Source of the DNA: a virus
Length of the DNA: 64,000 nucleotides
Reading direction: 5' to 3' (one strand)
IMG/VR virus record: IMGVR_UViG_3300017917_002759
Coordinates: 36,841-100,840 of that record
Positions 50,478 to 59,656 of this stretch are shown here, piece by piece. Each line of letters starts with the position of its first letter. Position 1 is the stretch's first letter. Position numbers and translations under genes: made by a program. A model generated the notes under the pieces. It searched no databases and was not told the origin of the DNA. It worked only from the letters and a program-made list of their open reading frames with translations.

Positions 50478-51144
50478 GTGCGGCTATTGCGGTAAAGAAT
50501 TTACCAAAGAAAAAACTCTCACAGTTCATGTCTGTGAGAAAAAGAGACGCCATCTTAGCCGCAATGAAAAACATGTGCAGGCTGCATTGATAGCCTATCA
50601 AAAATTTTATCAAATCGCCCAACGATCATCTAAACAAAAGACATTTGATGAGTTCGTTGATAGTCCTTATTACAATGCCTTTATTAAGTTCGGCAGTTTC
50701 CTATCCAATGCTAACCCTATCTATCCAGAAAGATATATCGAATATGTAATCAAGAGTGGAGTGAAACTAGACCACTGGTGTCGAGACGAATTATATGATC
50801 ATTATCTTGCAGATCTAATAAAGACAGAACCCGCAGACGGCGCTATACAAAGAAGCATCGCTACTATGATGGATTGGGCTAATAACAATAATGCACAATG
50901 GGAACATTATTTTTCTTACGTTAATTTAAATCGAGCTACATACGATATCAAAGAAGGAAAGATCAGTCCTTGGATTATATTAAATTGTGCTAGCGGACGA
51001 TCTATGTTACAAAAAATGAATCCAGAACAGATAGAAATCATTTCTGCTGTTCTTGATCCAGAGCATTGGGGCAGGAGATTTAAGTTATATCCTGCTGATG
51101 TCGAATTAGTAAAAGAAGTATTAAAAGAGGCAAAGGTTAAATGA
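50461..51144 (+). CDS. Hypothetical protein with N-terminal zinc finger
   Basis: CGYCGKEF......HVC. Confidence 0.65.
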   Translation: MSSNYKCGYCGKEFTKEKTLTVHVCEKKRRHLSRNEKHVQAALIAYQKFYQIAQRSSKQKTFDEFVDSPYYNAFIKFGSFLSNANPIYPERYIEYVIKSGVKLDHWCRDELYDHYLADLIKTEPADGAIQRSIATMMDWANNNNAQWEHYFSYVNLNRATYDIKEGKISPWIILNCASGRSMLQKMNPEQIEIISAVLDPEHWGRRFKLYPADVELVKEVLKEAKVK

Positions 51145-51362
51145 CAAAGAAAAATCAAGAAGTAGAACAAGAAGAATTAGCAGAAAATGAAGAGCCTCTT
51201 TCACGAGATGATCTCGATATCGAAGTAACATTAGACGAATCAGATAACTCAGTGTATGTTAGATTTTCAAATTTTGAAGACATAGATGATGCAGAAGAAT
51301 ACGCAGAATTTTTAGCAAACACTTTACCGTTATTATTATTTGAAACTACAAGATTACAATGA
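51141..51362 (+). CDS. Acidic hypothetical protein
   Basis: ATGA-coupled ORF. Confidence 0.6.
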   Translation: MTKKNQEVEQEELAENEEPLSRDDLDIEVTLDESDNSVYVRFSNFEDIDDAEEYAEFLANTLPLLLFETTRLQ

Positions 51363-51535
51363 AAACTAGAAAGTTACAAGACGGCAAAGAAGTGGTCGAA
51401 TTAGAGGAAGCTAAAATCCTAATTATCAAAACCAAATGTCCAGAAAAATGGTTATTAGTTGATTTAGAAACTGGTGAGCACTACACTGGTTATATCAGCG
51501 AAGGTAAAAACAGTTGGAAAAAATTAGATGCCTGA
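51359..51535 (+). CDS. 58-aa hypothetical protein absent from ORF track
   Basis: MKTRKLQDGK...TKCPEKWLLVDLETGE...KLDA; overlaps both neighbours and fills the gap. Confidence 0.75.
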   Translation: MKTRKLQDGKEVVELEEAKILIIKTKCPEKWLLVDLETGEHYTGYISEGKNSWKKLDA

Positions 51536-52109
51536 TATTGATATAGACTTTTCAGATAGAACAAAAGCACTCGAATGCTTTAAACATGTTCGCGCCAGTA
51601 GAATCAGTGAAGGAGAGCTCACTGGCCATAACACTGGAATATACCTTCACGAAGTTCCTGTTTATGCTCCGGAAAACGTCTGTGCGATTGATTATGAAAC
51701 CGCCGAACAGATGCAGTATTTCAAGATCGATTTTCTAAATGTTGGTATCTATAAAGGAATCAAAGACGAGGCCCATCTAGTTCAATTAATGGAGCAAGAA
51801 CCATTATGGGATCTATTAGAGGATGATTCTTTTACAGATTTATTATTTCACGTGAATAGTCACGGCGACATACTTAGAAAGATGAAACCAGATTCTATCG
51901 AAAAATTAGCTGCTGTATTGGCTATGATAAGACCAGCAAAGAGATACTTGGTAGGTAAAGATTGGAATACAGTTTTAAATGAAGTATGGCAAAAGCCTAG
52001 ACATGCACACGAGTATTACTTTAAAAAATCACATGCCACTGCGTATGCTGTTGCGGTCGTGGTGCAAATGAATCAAATCTGCGAACAGATCAGTTACGGA
52101 TATAGTTGA
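51528..52109 (+). CDS. Minimal C-family DNA polymerase (DnaE-like catalytic core)
   Basis: PDIDIDF, HNTG, KIDFL, LAMIRP, YFKKSHATAYA. Confidence 0.85.
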   Translation: MPDIDIDFSDRTKALECFKHVRASRISEGELTGHNTGIYLHEVPVYAPENVCAIDYETAEQMQYFKIDFLNVGIYKGIKDEAHLVQLMEQEPLWDLLEDDSFTDLLFHVNSHGDILRKMKPDSIEKLAAVLAMIRPAKRYLVGKDWNTVLNEVWQKPRHAHEYYFKKSHATAYAVAVVVQMNQICEQISYGYS

Positions 52110-52484
52110 TTATTTTCCTACTTTTCTAACTAGAGTAATCGATTTTCTTTTTACTCTCTTAGTCATTATATCATTTAGACTAGTACATGGACCGAACAGC
52201 ACCCGAACATCTTTGGTGCTGAAGTTTCTTATAGCGTACCGGAAAAATCCCATTTCTTGAGATAGAAAAATATTGATAGGAATTTGACGATTGCTTTCCC
52301 ACCACCAAGCTTCGCCTAGCTCTAAAAACCGTGTCTTTTCGTCATCTGTTTTTAAAGAAGTATAATCATAAAAACTAGTGATGTTCGAATCTTGGTTGAT
52401 AATTATACCTACGTATTCTTGTTCTACATAGGTAACAACGCTAATAAATGGAAAGTTTTGTTGTAAGTTCTCGCTAATTCTCAT
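52110..52484 (-). CDS. Hypothetical protein
   Basis: 124-aa ORF with WWWESNRQIPINIF motif. Confidence 0.7.
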   Translation of the reverse strand: MRISENLQQNFPFISVVTYVEQEYVGIIINQDSNITSFYDYTSLKTDDEKTRFLELGEAWWWESNRQIPINIFLSQEMGFFRYAIRNFSTKDVRVLFGPCTSLNDIMTKRVKRKSITLVRKVGK

Positions 52485-52515
52485 TCGATAAATATCTATT
52501 ATATAGGGCTAAAGC

Positions 52516-53637
52516 ATGCAATTAATTTCAAGTTATTTATATCCAAATAAATTGGACGTATATACAAGTGCCCCTGACTGGAATAACCTGAGGTACCGAA
52601 AAGTGTATAATCGAAATCTAAAAATATATCGCAGTGTTGATAATCGCATTGATTTACAAATCCGTAACTGTGATCAAAAAGCGTTTGATCTCAGTACTAT
52701 TGCATTAGCTTCTGGACAAACAATCACTGTGGTATTTAATGTGATTTCTAGAGAAGGAAAAATTTTGGTTCTTAGCAAAGATTCAGAAAGTTTTACACTA
52801 GCTGACGGTTCTACTTCTAGTTTAACAAAAGGGCAAGTTCGAGTTAATTTAACAGCCAACGATCTAGCAGGTTTAGAACCAGGATATTACGATTACACCA
52901 TTGTACAAGAAATTAGAACAGCATTAAACGATAACGAATATACTGTGGTATCTAGAACTGTTCTATATGCAGACAGCCAATACGGTGCTATTTCGACCTT
53001 AGAAGTTGAAGACGATGTGTTAGGACAGGTAGAACAAAGTTTGACCGTTGATACATTCTTATTGAAAGATCCTAGAGCACAAGACAACAGCGTCGATGAA
53101 TTTTATGTTAGCAGTATAATCGACACACAACGACCATATCAAGTAGCACAGAGCCTGCATACTTTTCAATTTTATTGTACCGCTTACACCGGAAGAGTAG
53201 AAATACAAGGAAGTCTTGACAAAGATTCAGATCCAAAAAATTGGGTCACTATCCGTACTAGAGATGCGGTTAATGAATCGAGTTTTTATGAAAATGTTGT
53301 AGGAAAATATAATTGGTTTAGGATCAAGCACAGCACAGACGATGTAGGCAATGCCAAATTTACCGTTGGTCAAAATACCAATGGGGCATATTCTGTTTCG
53401 ATCTATGATGGTGGCGCCAGCTATGTAGTCGGTGACGTTATTACTATTATTGGATCTGTGCTAGGCGGTGCAAACGGTGTGAATGATCTAAACATCACAG
53501 TGACCTCAGTAAATTATGCCGGTTCAATTGTGGCCATTACATGGTCCGGAACTTCGATCAATAATACTCGTAGTTTTGTTTTGGGCGGAACGGGCGAACC
53601 TTCAGCTGGAACCATTGACAAGGTATTGTACAGATAG
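52516..53637 (+). CDS. Putative virion structural protein
   Basis: Beta-rich, GGASYVVGDVITI.GS.LGG motif; upstream TAAATA. Confidence 0.55.
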   Translation: MQLISSYLYPNKLDVYTSAPDWNNLRYRKVYNRNLKIYRSVDNRIDLQIRNCDQKAFDLSTIALASGQTITVVFNVISREGKILVLSKDSESFTLADGSTSSLTKGQVRVNLTANDLAGLEPGYYDYTIVQEIRTALNDNEYTVVSRTVLYADSQYGAISTLEVEDDVLGQVEQSLTVDTFLLKDPRAQDNSVDEFYVSSIIDTQRPYQVAQSLHTFQFYCTAYTGRVEIQGSLDKDSDPKNWVTIRTRDAVNESSFYENVVGKYNWFRIKHSTDDVGNAKFTVGQNTNGAYSVSIYDGGASYVVGDVITIIGSVLGGANGVNDLNITVTSVNYAGSIVAITWSGTSINNTRSFVLGGTGEPSAGTIDKVLYR

Positions 53638-53643
53638 TACAAT
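53615..53643 (+). promoter_or_regulatory. sigma70-type promoter
   Basis: TTGACA-N17-TACAAT, 6 nt before primase ATG. Confidence 0.75.
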
Positions 53644-53649
53644 ACTTAC

Positions 53650-54663
53650 ATGAGTCTGGTAACAGAATTATTCAAATCACATCTACCTAATAGATTAAAA
53701 CAAACGCCCAGTGGTTGGGCTAGTTTTAATGCTGTCTGTTGCCATCACAGGGGTCACAGTCACGATGACCGTCAGCGAGGTGGCGTCAAATACGGCGACG
53801 GCTTTGTCTATAACTGTTTCAATTGTGGTTATACAGCCAGTTGGAAGCCCGGCAGACCCATAAGCCAAAAACTAAGAAATCTAATGAAATGGTTAGGTGC
53901 TTCTGAAGATGATATCAATAAAATGATCTTCGAAGCCATGAAAGAAGATTCTGCAGAACACTCTACTCAATCCGCGATAGAAATAAAAAAATTCACTAAA
54001 AAAGATTTACCCGAAGGCAGTCTTCCTTTGAGCGAATGGATCGATTGTGAGCTTGATCAAACCAACGAACAAAAACTAGCAGATGTCGTTCAGTATGTGA
54101 TCAATAGAGGATTCGACCCGCTGTCTAATCAATTCTTATGGACTCCGGTAGATGGATTTTCAGATAGAGTTATCATACCATTTACCTATCAGGGAGAAAC
54201 CGTAGGATGGACTGCTAGAAAAATCAGAGACGGCAAACCTAAGTATCTGTCAGATCAACACCCTAATTATGTTTTTAATCTCGATGCTCAAAGCTACGAT
54301 AACAAATATGTGTTTGTCTGCGAAGGTCCGTTTGATGCACTATCGATCGGAGGAGTGGCACTGCTACACAATGACATTTCCGAAGCACAAGCAGCATTAA
54401 TAAACAAATTAGGAAAAACTGTGATCGTAGTTCCAGACAGAGATCAGGCAGGTATCGCAGTTATAGAAAGAGCTATGGAACTAGACTGGGAAGTGGCATT
54501 TTGTAATTGGGAAGATGACGTTAAAGATGCCGCTGCTGCTGTAGAAAAATATGGCTCTCTTTTCGTCATTACAGATATTCTTAGTACTCGTATAGCAGGA
54601 TCTATTAAGATTAATCTATATAAGAAGAATTTAGAAAAAACATGGAAAAATCCTAGCCGCTAG
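53650..54663 (+). CDS. DNA primase (gp61-like)
   Basis: Zn-binding CC..CFNCG, RVIIP, TOPRIM CEGPFDA, PDRD. Confidence 0.92.
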   Translation: MSLVTELFKSHLPNRLKQTPSGWASFNAVCCHHRGHSHDDRQRGGVKYGDGFVYNCFNCGYTASWKPGRPISQKLRNLMKWLGASEDDINKMIFEAMKEDSAEHSTQSAIEIKKFTKKDLPEGSLPLSEWIDCELDQTNEQKLADVVQYVINRGFDPLSNQFLWTPVDGFSDRVIIPFTYQGETVGWTARKIRDGKPKYLSDQHPNYVFNLDAQSYDNKYVFVCEGPFDALSIGGVALLHNDISEAQAALINKLGKTVIVVPDRDQAGIAVIERAMELDWEVAFCNWEDDVKDAAAAVEKYGSLFVITDILSTRIAGSIKINLYKKNLEKTWKNPSR

Positions 54664-54759
54664 GTATCGCTATGACGGTTTTTTTCAGTGTTTTTAAAAA
54701 GATGGCATTCTATTGCCAGGAGTTGAAATTAAAATTACAAGGCTGTATAATATATTAAT

Positions 54760-56190
54760 ATGATAAAAGATTATGATTATGATGTCCAGAAGCTATATCT
54801 GGAAATAATGTTGGCAGATGCCGAAACTTTTGTGAGATGTCAGGGTATTTTCGATCACAGTCTATTTGATCGAAAACTACAAGATGCTGCAGAGTTTATA
54901 CACAAATATGCTGAAGAATACACAGTATTGCCAGATTTTGAAATGGTCAATGCTGCCTGTAAAACTGATTTAAAATCGCCAGGCGAACTCAAAGACGGCC
55001 ACTTAGATTGGCTCATGGATGAGTTTGAATCATTCACTAGACACAAGAGTCTTGAACGTGCTATTCTTAAAAGTGCTGATCTACTAGAAAAGCATGACTA
55101 CGGTCAGGTAGAGATGTTGGTCAAAGAAGCGGTACAGATTGGACTTGCTCGAGACATGGGCACAGACTATTTCTCTGATCCTCGAGCTAGACTAATGGGA
55201 CTCAAAGACAAGAATGGACAAGTGACCACAGGATGGGCCAGCCTAGATAGAAAACTGTTCGGCGGCATGAATCGCGGAGAGTTGAATATATTCGCAGGTG
55301 GATCAGGTGCAGGTAAATCCTTGTTCTTGGCCAATCTTGGTGTCAATTGGGCTCTGGCAGGTTTAAATGTGGTCTATCTAACATTAGAACTTTCAGAAGC
55401 ATTGGTCAGTATGCGTATCGATTCTATGCTCACAGGTGTTACTACTCGAGACATTTTCAAGAACATCGATGACGTAGAAATGAAAGTCAAAATGATTGGC
55501 AAAAAGTCAGGCATGATGCAGGTCAAGTATATGCCCTCGGGCAAGACAGCCAATGATATACGTGCTTATCTCAAAGAGTATGAGATTAAGATGGGCAAGA
55601 AGGTAGATGTGCTGTTAGTAGATTATCTAGACTTGTTAATGCCAATTTCTAAAAAGATTTCACCTGCAGACTTGTTTATCAAAGATAAGTTTGTATCTGA
55701 AGAGCTTAGAAACTTGGCCATGGAAAAACAATGTGTGTTTGTCACAGCCGCACAGTTGAATCGTGGTGCTGTGGAAGAAGTTGAATTTGATCATAGCCAC
55801 ATTTCCGGCGGTTTATCTAAGATCCAAACCGCAGATAACGTGTTTGGTATCTTTACCAGCCGAGCTATGCGTGAGCGGGGTCGCTATCAGATACAGTTAA
55901 TGAAGACTCGTTCATCGAGCGGTGTCGGTCAAAAGCTGGATCTAGAGTTCAACATAGACACATTACGCATCAGCGATCTTCCAGAAGATCAACAGGAAGA
56001 TTCCGGTTCATCACAGCGTTCATCGAGTATTATCAATCAAATCAAGGCACGAAGCAGCACAGTAGTAGATCCAGAAACAGGCGAAGTAGATCCCACAGCA
56101 GGCGCACCTATAGGCAAAGTTAAAGCTCATGTAGAAAGCACAAAGCTACATCAGTTATTGAACAGTCTAGGGTCGCAGGATGAAGAGTAA
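54760..56190 (+). CDS. Replicative DnaB-like helicase (gp41-like)
   Basis: GGSGAGKS, TLELSE, VDYLDL, AQLNR, MKTRSS. Confidence 0.94.
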   Translation: MIKDYDYDVQKLYLEIMLADAETFVRCQGIFDHSLFDRKLQDAAEFIHKYAEEYTVLPDFEMVNAACKTDLKSPGELKDGHLDWLMDEFESFTRHKSLERAILKSADLLEKHDYGQVEMLVKEAVQIGLARDMGTDYFSDPRARLMGLKDKNGQVTTGWASLDRKLFGGMNRGELNIFAGGSGAGKSLFLANLGVNWALAGLNVVYLTLELSEALVSMRIDSMLTGVTTRDIFKNIDDVEMKVKMIGKKSGMMQVKYMPSGKTANDIRAYLKEYEIKMGKKVDVLLVDYLDLLMPISKKISPADLFIKDKFVSEELRNLAMEKQCVFVTAAQLNRGAVEEVEFDHSHISGGLSKIQTADNVFGIFTSRAMRERGRYQIQLMKTRSSSGVGQKLDLEFNIDTLRISDLPEDQQEDSGSSQRSSSIINQIKARSSTVVDPETGEVDPTAGAPIGKVKAHVESTKLHQLLNSLGSQDEE

Positions 56191-56416
56191 AGCAGTAGAA
56201 TTATATCGTTGGTTACCTTCAGAAGACGAGATCATCGAAATAGATTGGCCCAAGGTACATAAGACCATAGGTCTAGATCAGACTCGCTGGCTGCTGGAAC
56301 AACAGCGAAATAACTGTCAAATCATGCTAGAGCGCAGAGACATGTATTGCCGTTTAATAGCAGAATTCTATAACGATCATACTCTACTAAACTATCATCT
56401 AAGATTCGCTAAATAA
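56180..56416 (+). CDS. Hypothetical protein
   Basis: 78-aa ORF overlapping helicase end. Confidence 0.55.
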   Translation: MKSKAVELYRWLPSEDEIIEIDWPKVHKTIGLDQTRWLLEQQRNNCQIMLERRDMYCRLIAEFYNDHTLLNYHLRFAK

Positions 56417-56419
56417 TGG

Positions 56420-56761
56420 ATGCGTATCCGAGATATCATTTCCGAAGGTTTTGCTGCTAGAAAAAGCAGCACTTTATCCACTGCCTACGAATACCCGCAG
56501 ATGACTTCTGCCAATGTCTATGACATGTATCGTTTTAGTGTGGCCATGGCAGATCATGAAAATGCACCCGCAGAAGGTGCTATAAGCAATCACGGTATTG
56601 TAGTGGCCTATACTCCCGAAGAAGACAAGATAATCAAACACGCAGAACGTGTCACTGGTCATCGAGGCAAAATCGCTGCAGATAAAGGCAGTCATGAGCC
56701 CGCAAGCACCAATAATCGCAGTCCAGTGGCCGCACCCAAGCGCAACAAATACGGAGTTTAA
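56420..56761 (+). CDS. Putative internal virion protein
   Basis: MRIRDIISE N-terminus; TAAATA-N4-ATG. Confidence 0.55.
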   Translation: MRIRDIISEGFAARKSSTLSTAYEYPQMTSANVYDMYRFSVAMADHENAPAEGAISNHGIVVAYTPEEDKIIKHAERVTGHRGKIAADKGSHEPASTNNRSPVAAPKRNKYGV

Positions 56762-57472
56762 ATGCGACTGCGTCAATTAGAAGAATCCACCATAGTCACG
56801 GTAAATCGCAGACTGAATCCTAAGATCTGGGATCAAGATCAGCTCAAACCTGAAGTACGTGAAAAGCTGTTAGAGATCGCAGCAGCATTTGAGGAATTCA
56901 TAGGCATAGAACTTGATGTAGAAGACTATACTATCACAGGTTCTAATGCCAATTATACATGGACAGAATACAGTGATTTGGACCTACATCTTATCATTCC
57001 AGGTACGCCCTCGGAAGAACAGCGTGAGCTTTTCAATGCTAAGAAAGCTCTTTGGGCAGAACAGCACGACATCAAGATAAAGGGTCTGCCTGTAGAATGC
57101 TATGTGCAGGGCGCAGACGAGCCGCATCATTCAACAGGTGTGTATAGTCTCACTGATCAAGAATGGCTGGTAGAACCCAAAAAGGTCAAGCCCAAGGTAG
57201 ATGATGCTGCGGTCCGAGCCAAGGCCAGTGCTAGTATGCATGATGTACGCACTGCCCTGATCAGCAACGATATCAATAAACTGCGTGAAGTCAAGGACAA
57301 GATCACTAAAATGCGCAAGAGCGGACTCGAACGTGCAGGAGAGTGGAGCACAGAAAATCTCGTGTTCAAGATACTGCGTAATCAACGATTGATCGATCAG
57401 CTCACAGAAAAAATAAGAGCCCTTGAAGATCAAGAGCTCTCATTAGAACACCAGGACAACTGTCTAGACTAG
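56762..57472 (+). CDS. Pol-beta-superfamily nucleotidyltransferase
   Basis: TGSNANY....SDLDLH (GS..DxD) with third acidic residue in VECY. Confidence 0.8.
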   Translation: MRLRQLEESTIVTVNRRLNPKIWDQDQLKPEVREKLLEIAAAFEEFIGIELDVEDYTITGSNANYTWTEYSDLDLHLIIPGTPSEEQRELFNAKKALWAEQHDIKIKGLPVECYVQGADEPHHSTGVYSLTDQEWLVEPKKVKPKVDDAAVRAKASASMHDVRTALISNDINKLREVKDKITKMRKSGLERAGEWSTENLVFKILRNQRLIDQLTEKIRALEDQELSLEHQDNCLD

Positions 57473-57473
57473 A

Positions 57474-58145
57474 TCATTCTCTGTTGCCAAATAGCTGCAA
57501 CATGCTGACGAAAATATTGATGAAATTGATGTAAAGGCTCAGAGCAGCAAACCACTGCATGCGACCAATTTCATCACGGCTAGCTGACCAAAACATGTCC
57601 CTGATGCGATTCATGTCATAGGCTGTTAGACCTAAGAAAATCAAGATACAGAGCACATTCGAGGTCATCTGCAGAGCAGTGCTTTCTACGAATATGCCCA
57701 CGATGCTGGCTATGATCAGGCCGATGACTCCTGCGAACAAGAACGGTCCCCAACCACTGAGATCACGTTTGGTAAAGTAACCCCATCCTGCTAGAGCACC
57801 AAAACTCACTGTGGTTCCTATCAGTGCAGTGACTATGCTGGCAGTGGTGAATACCGCGATCAACAGGCTGAGACTGACTCCCATCACAGCCGCAAAGGCA
57901 AAGAACCATGTTTTTATAGTAGATTCGCTCATGGAATCTCCGCGCCAGGCCAGGTACAGGCTCATAGCCAGGGGTGCGAATATGATCACATAGCCCAACA
58001 CTGAGCTGAACAGCACAGGCACTAGGCCCATGGCAGAAATCGCTGAGGCAGCGATCAACGTGAGCAGGACGCCCACAAACATCCTAGACAGTACGCCCGC
58101 AACAGCCGAATTTAAACTCTGTGCGGCTGACATCGAGTAATCCAT
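57474..58145 (-). CDS. Bax inhibitor-1/YccA family membrane protein
   Basis: About seven hydrophobic segments, TKRDLS, LTAYD, ALSLYINFINIF. Confidence 0.9.
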   Translation of the reverse strand: MDYSMSAAQSLNSAVAGVLSRMFVGVLLTLIAASAISAMGLVPVLFSSVLGYVIIFAPLAMSLYLAWRGDSMSESTIKTWFFAFAAVMGVSLSLLIAVFTTASIVTALIGTTVSFGALAGWGYFTKRDLSGWGPFLFAGVIGLIIASIVGIFVESTALQMTSNVLCILIFLGLTAYDMNRIRDMFWSASRDEIGRMQWFAALSLYINFINIFVSMLQLFGNRE

Positions 58146-58182
58146 GTTATTCTCCTTGAAAAGATATATTATTTAAATTATA

Positions 58183-58536
58183 CTACTGGACCAAGTGTTG
58201 GGCAAGAACCATACATGAAATCCATACCCAAAGTGTGTTGAATCCTACCAAAGTAGGCAGGAGTTTCTTGTTAGACGCCCAAATCAATGTTAGACTAGTG
58301 AAGAGTGTGAGGAAAAACAGCCACCATATCTGTATGCCAAAGATCAAGCCCGGTACTATGATTATGGCTTTGGTAACCCAAGATGCTGCTTCTACTATGT
58401 TGTAGTCCGTCCAATAATCTCTGCGGAACCACATAGCATAGCAGTTTTTAATAGCTGGCCACGTTGAATGCGCATAGACTATGCCGGTCAATACTGCCCA
58501 GGCCACTGTGGCCCATAAGATCTGTTCTAAGTTCAT
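58183..58536 (-). CDS. Hypothetical membrane protein
   Basis: Hydrophobic Trp-rich ORF; ATG start 58536. Confidence 0.65.
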   Translation of the reverse strand: MNLEQILWATVAWAVLTGIVYAHSTWPAIKNCYAMWFRRDYWTDYNIVEAASWVTKAIIIVPGLIFGIQIWWLFFLTLFTSLTLIWASNKKLLPTLVGFNTLWVWISCMVLAQHLVQ

Positions 58537-58814
58537 GTTGGTATCTCTTGTTGTTGTTGTTTTAATAATTATATGATCTAGGATCTGCACAGTCAAGATC
58601 CGGCAAGAGTCCTAGACCGCGAAGCGGTGCAGCGGTTTTTTCTAGACAGCGCAGCAGCGCGAAGCGCAGCGCAAAACGGTAGCGATTTTCTAGTGGCTGA
58701 AATAGTAGCAGTTTATATCCAATATATTCAACCCTGGCTCGCCGATGCTCTGCTCACTGTGCCCTACCATTCTCGAGTGGCGGAGTAAATATAGTATTAA
58801 CTGAGATATAAACT

Positions 58815-59054
58815 ATGCCATACCGTATTAAAGCAAGAAGCAGTCAGGGTCACACAGTGACTATGATGGATCTAGACTATACACACAAGCCCATACGTGA
58901 TCGCAAATATGCACAACAGCTGGCTGACGAATTTGCTAGAACACGCGGACACGGCAGCACACGTGATTGGACGGGTATCGTAGAATACTACAGTGACAAG
59001 GATTCTATACAGAATCCAAACTGGGATAGAAGTAACGGTACTTTAAAAAAATAG
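58815..59054 (+). CDS. Hypothetical protein
   Basis: 79 aa; upstream TAAATA. Confidence 0.6.
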   Translation: MPYRIKARSSQGHTVTMMDLDYTHKPIRDRKYAQQLADEFARTRGHGSTRDWTGIVEYYSDKDSIQNPNWDRSNGTLKK

Positions 59055-59055
59055 T

Positions 59056-59124
59056 CTAGAATACTAGATGTATGACTACGACTAGAACTACTAGAACTAT
59101 GACTATGACGTTGGGCAGTATCAT
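59056..59124 (-). CDS. 22-aa hydrophobic micropeptide MILPNVIVIVLVVLVVVIHLVF
   Basis: TAAATA-N5-ATG; fits exactly between flanking genes. Confidence 0.5.
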   Translation of the reverse strand: MILPNVIVIVLVVLVVVIHLVF

Positions 59125-59150
59125 AAGGATATTTACAGTAAATAACTGTG

Positions 59151-59432
59151 ATGCATGTGGAATTCAGACTACCAACTGGAGCGGGTGGTCAAGCAGCACA
59201 CTACTCATGCTCCGTGCTCAATCGCGAACTAGATCGCTGGCGTGACCTTTACGGTTTCGACTACACTACTAGAATTACCTACTATAAACTCAGAGTGGAT
59301 TTCCAAGATGCTCGTGCTGTGACTGTGTTTGCACTGAGCTGGACACTGCCCTTGATACGCTGGGAAATCTGCGAAGATTCAGTGACGACCCCAACTGATC
59401 CTAGCCCAAATCCTATCATAGACGTAGAATGA
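59151..59432 (+). CDS. Hypothetical protein
   Basis: TAAATA-N6-ATG. Confidence 0.6.
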   Translation: MHVEFRLPTGAGGQAAHYSCSVLNRELDRWRDLYGFDYTTRITYYKLRVDFQDARAVTVFALSWTLPLIRWEICEDSVTTPTDPSPNPIIDVE

Positions 59433-59585
59433 AGTCATCCATACGGCATTTATCGCTAGAGTGGGAACTATGGCTGATTCCATGCTTTGTCCCGTGACCA
59501 GTAGCATTATATAAGTGGTGCATAATACCCAAATTCTGTAGATGACAGTTTTGACTAGGCTGCGTGTGCGAGTTTCGTAGATCAC
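59379..59585 (-). CDS. DUF2061-like small membrane protein
   Basis: ETRTRSLVKTVIYR...YVYDRIWARISWG; GTG start. Confidence 0.7.
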   Translation of the reverse strand: MIYETRTRSLVKTVIYRIWVLCTTYIMLLVTGQSMESAIVPTLAINAVWMTSFYVYDRIWARISWGRH

Positions 59586-59656
59586 TGTAGCAATAACTCC
59601 AGGAGTATTTGAATATCTACCCAATCTAACGGTGGCAGGTTCTGTGGATGTATCAT
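59582..59656 (-). CDS. 24-aa micro-ORF MIHPQNLPPLDWVDIQILLELLLQ
   Basis: TACATA-N5-ATG; GTGA overlap with downstream gene. Confidence 0.4.
   Translation of the reverse strand: MIHPQNLPPLDWVDIQILLELLLQ

Noticed and set aside
59054-59110. Short tandem GACTA/ACTAGA repeats as a CRISPR or iteron array
   Set aside because: No constant repeat-spacer period; explained by Val/Ile/Leu codons of a minus-strand micro-ORF
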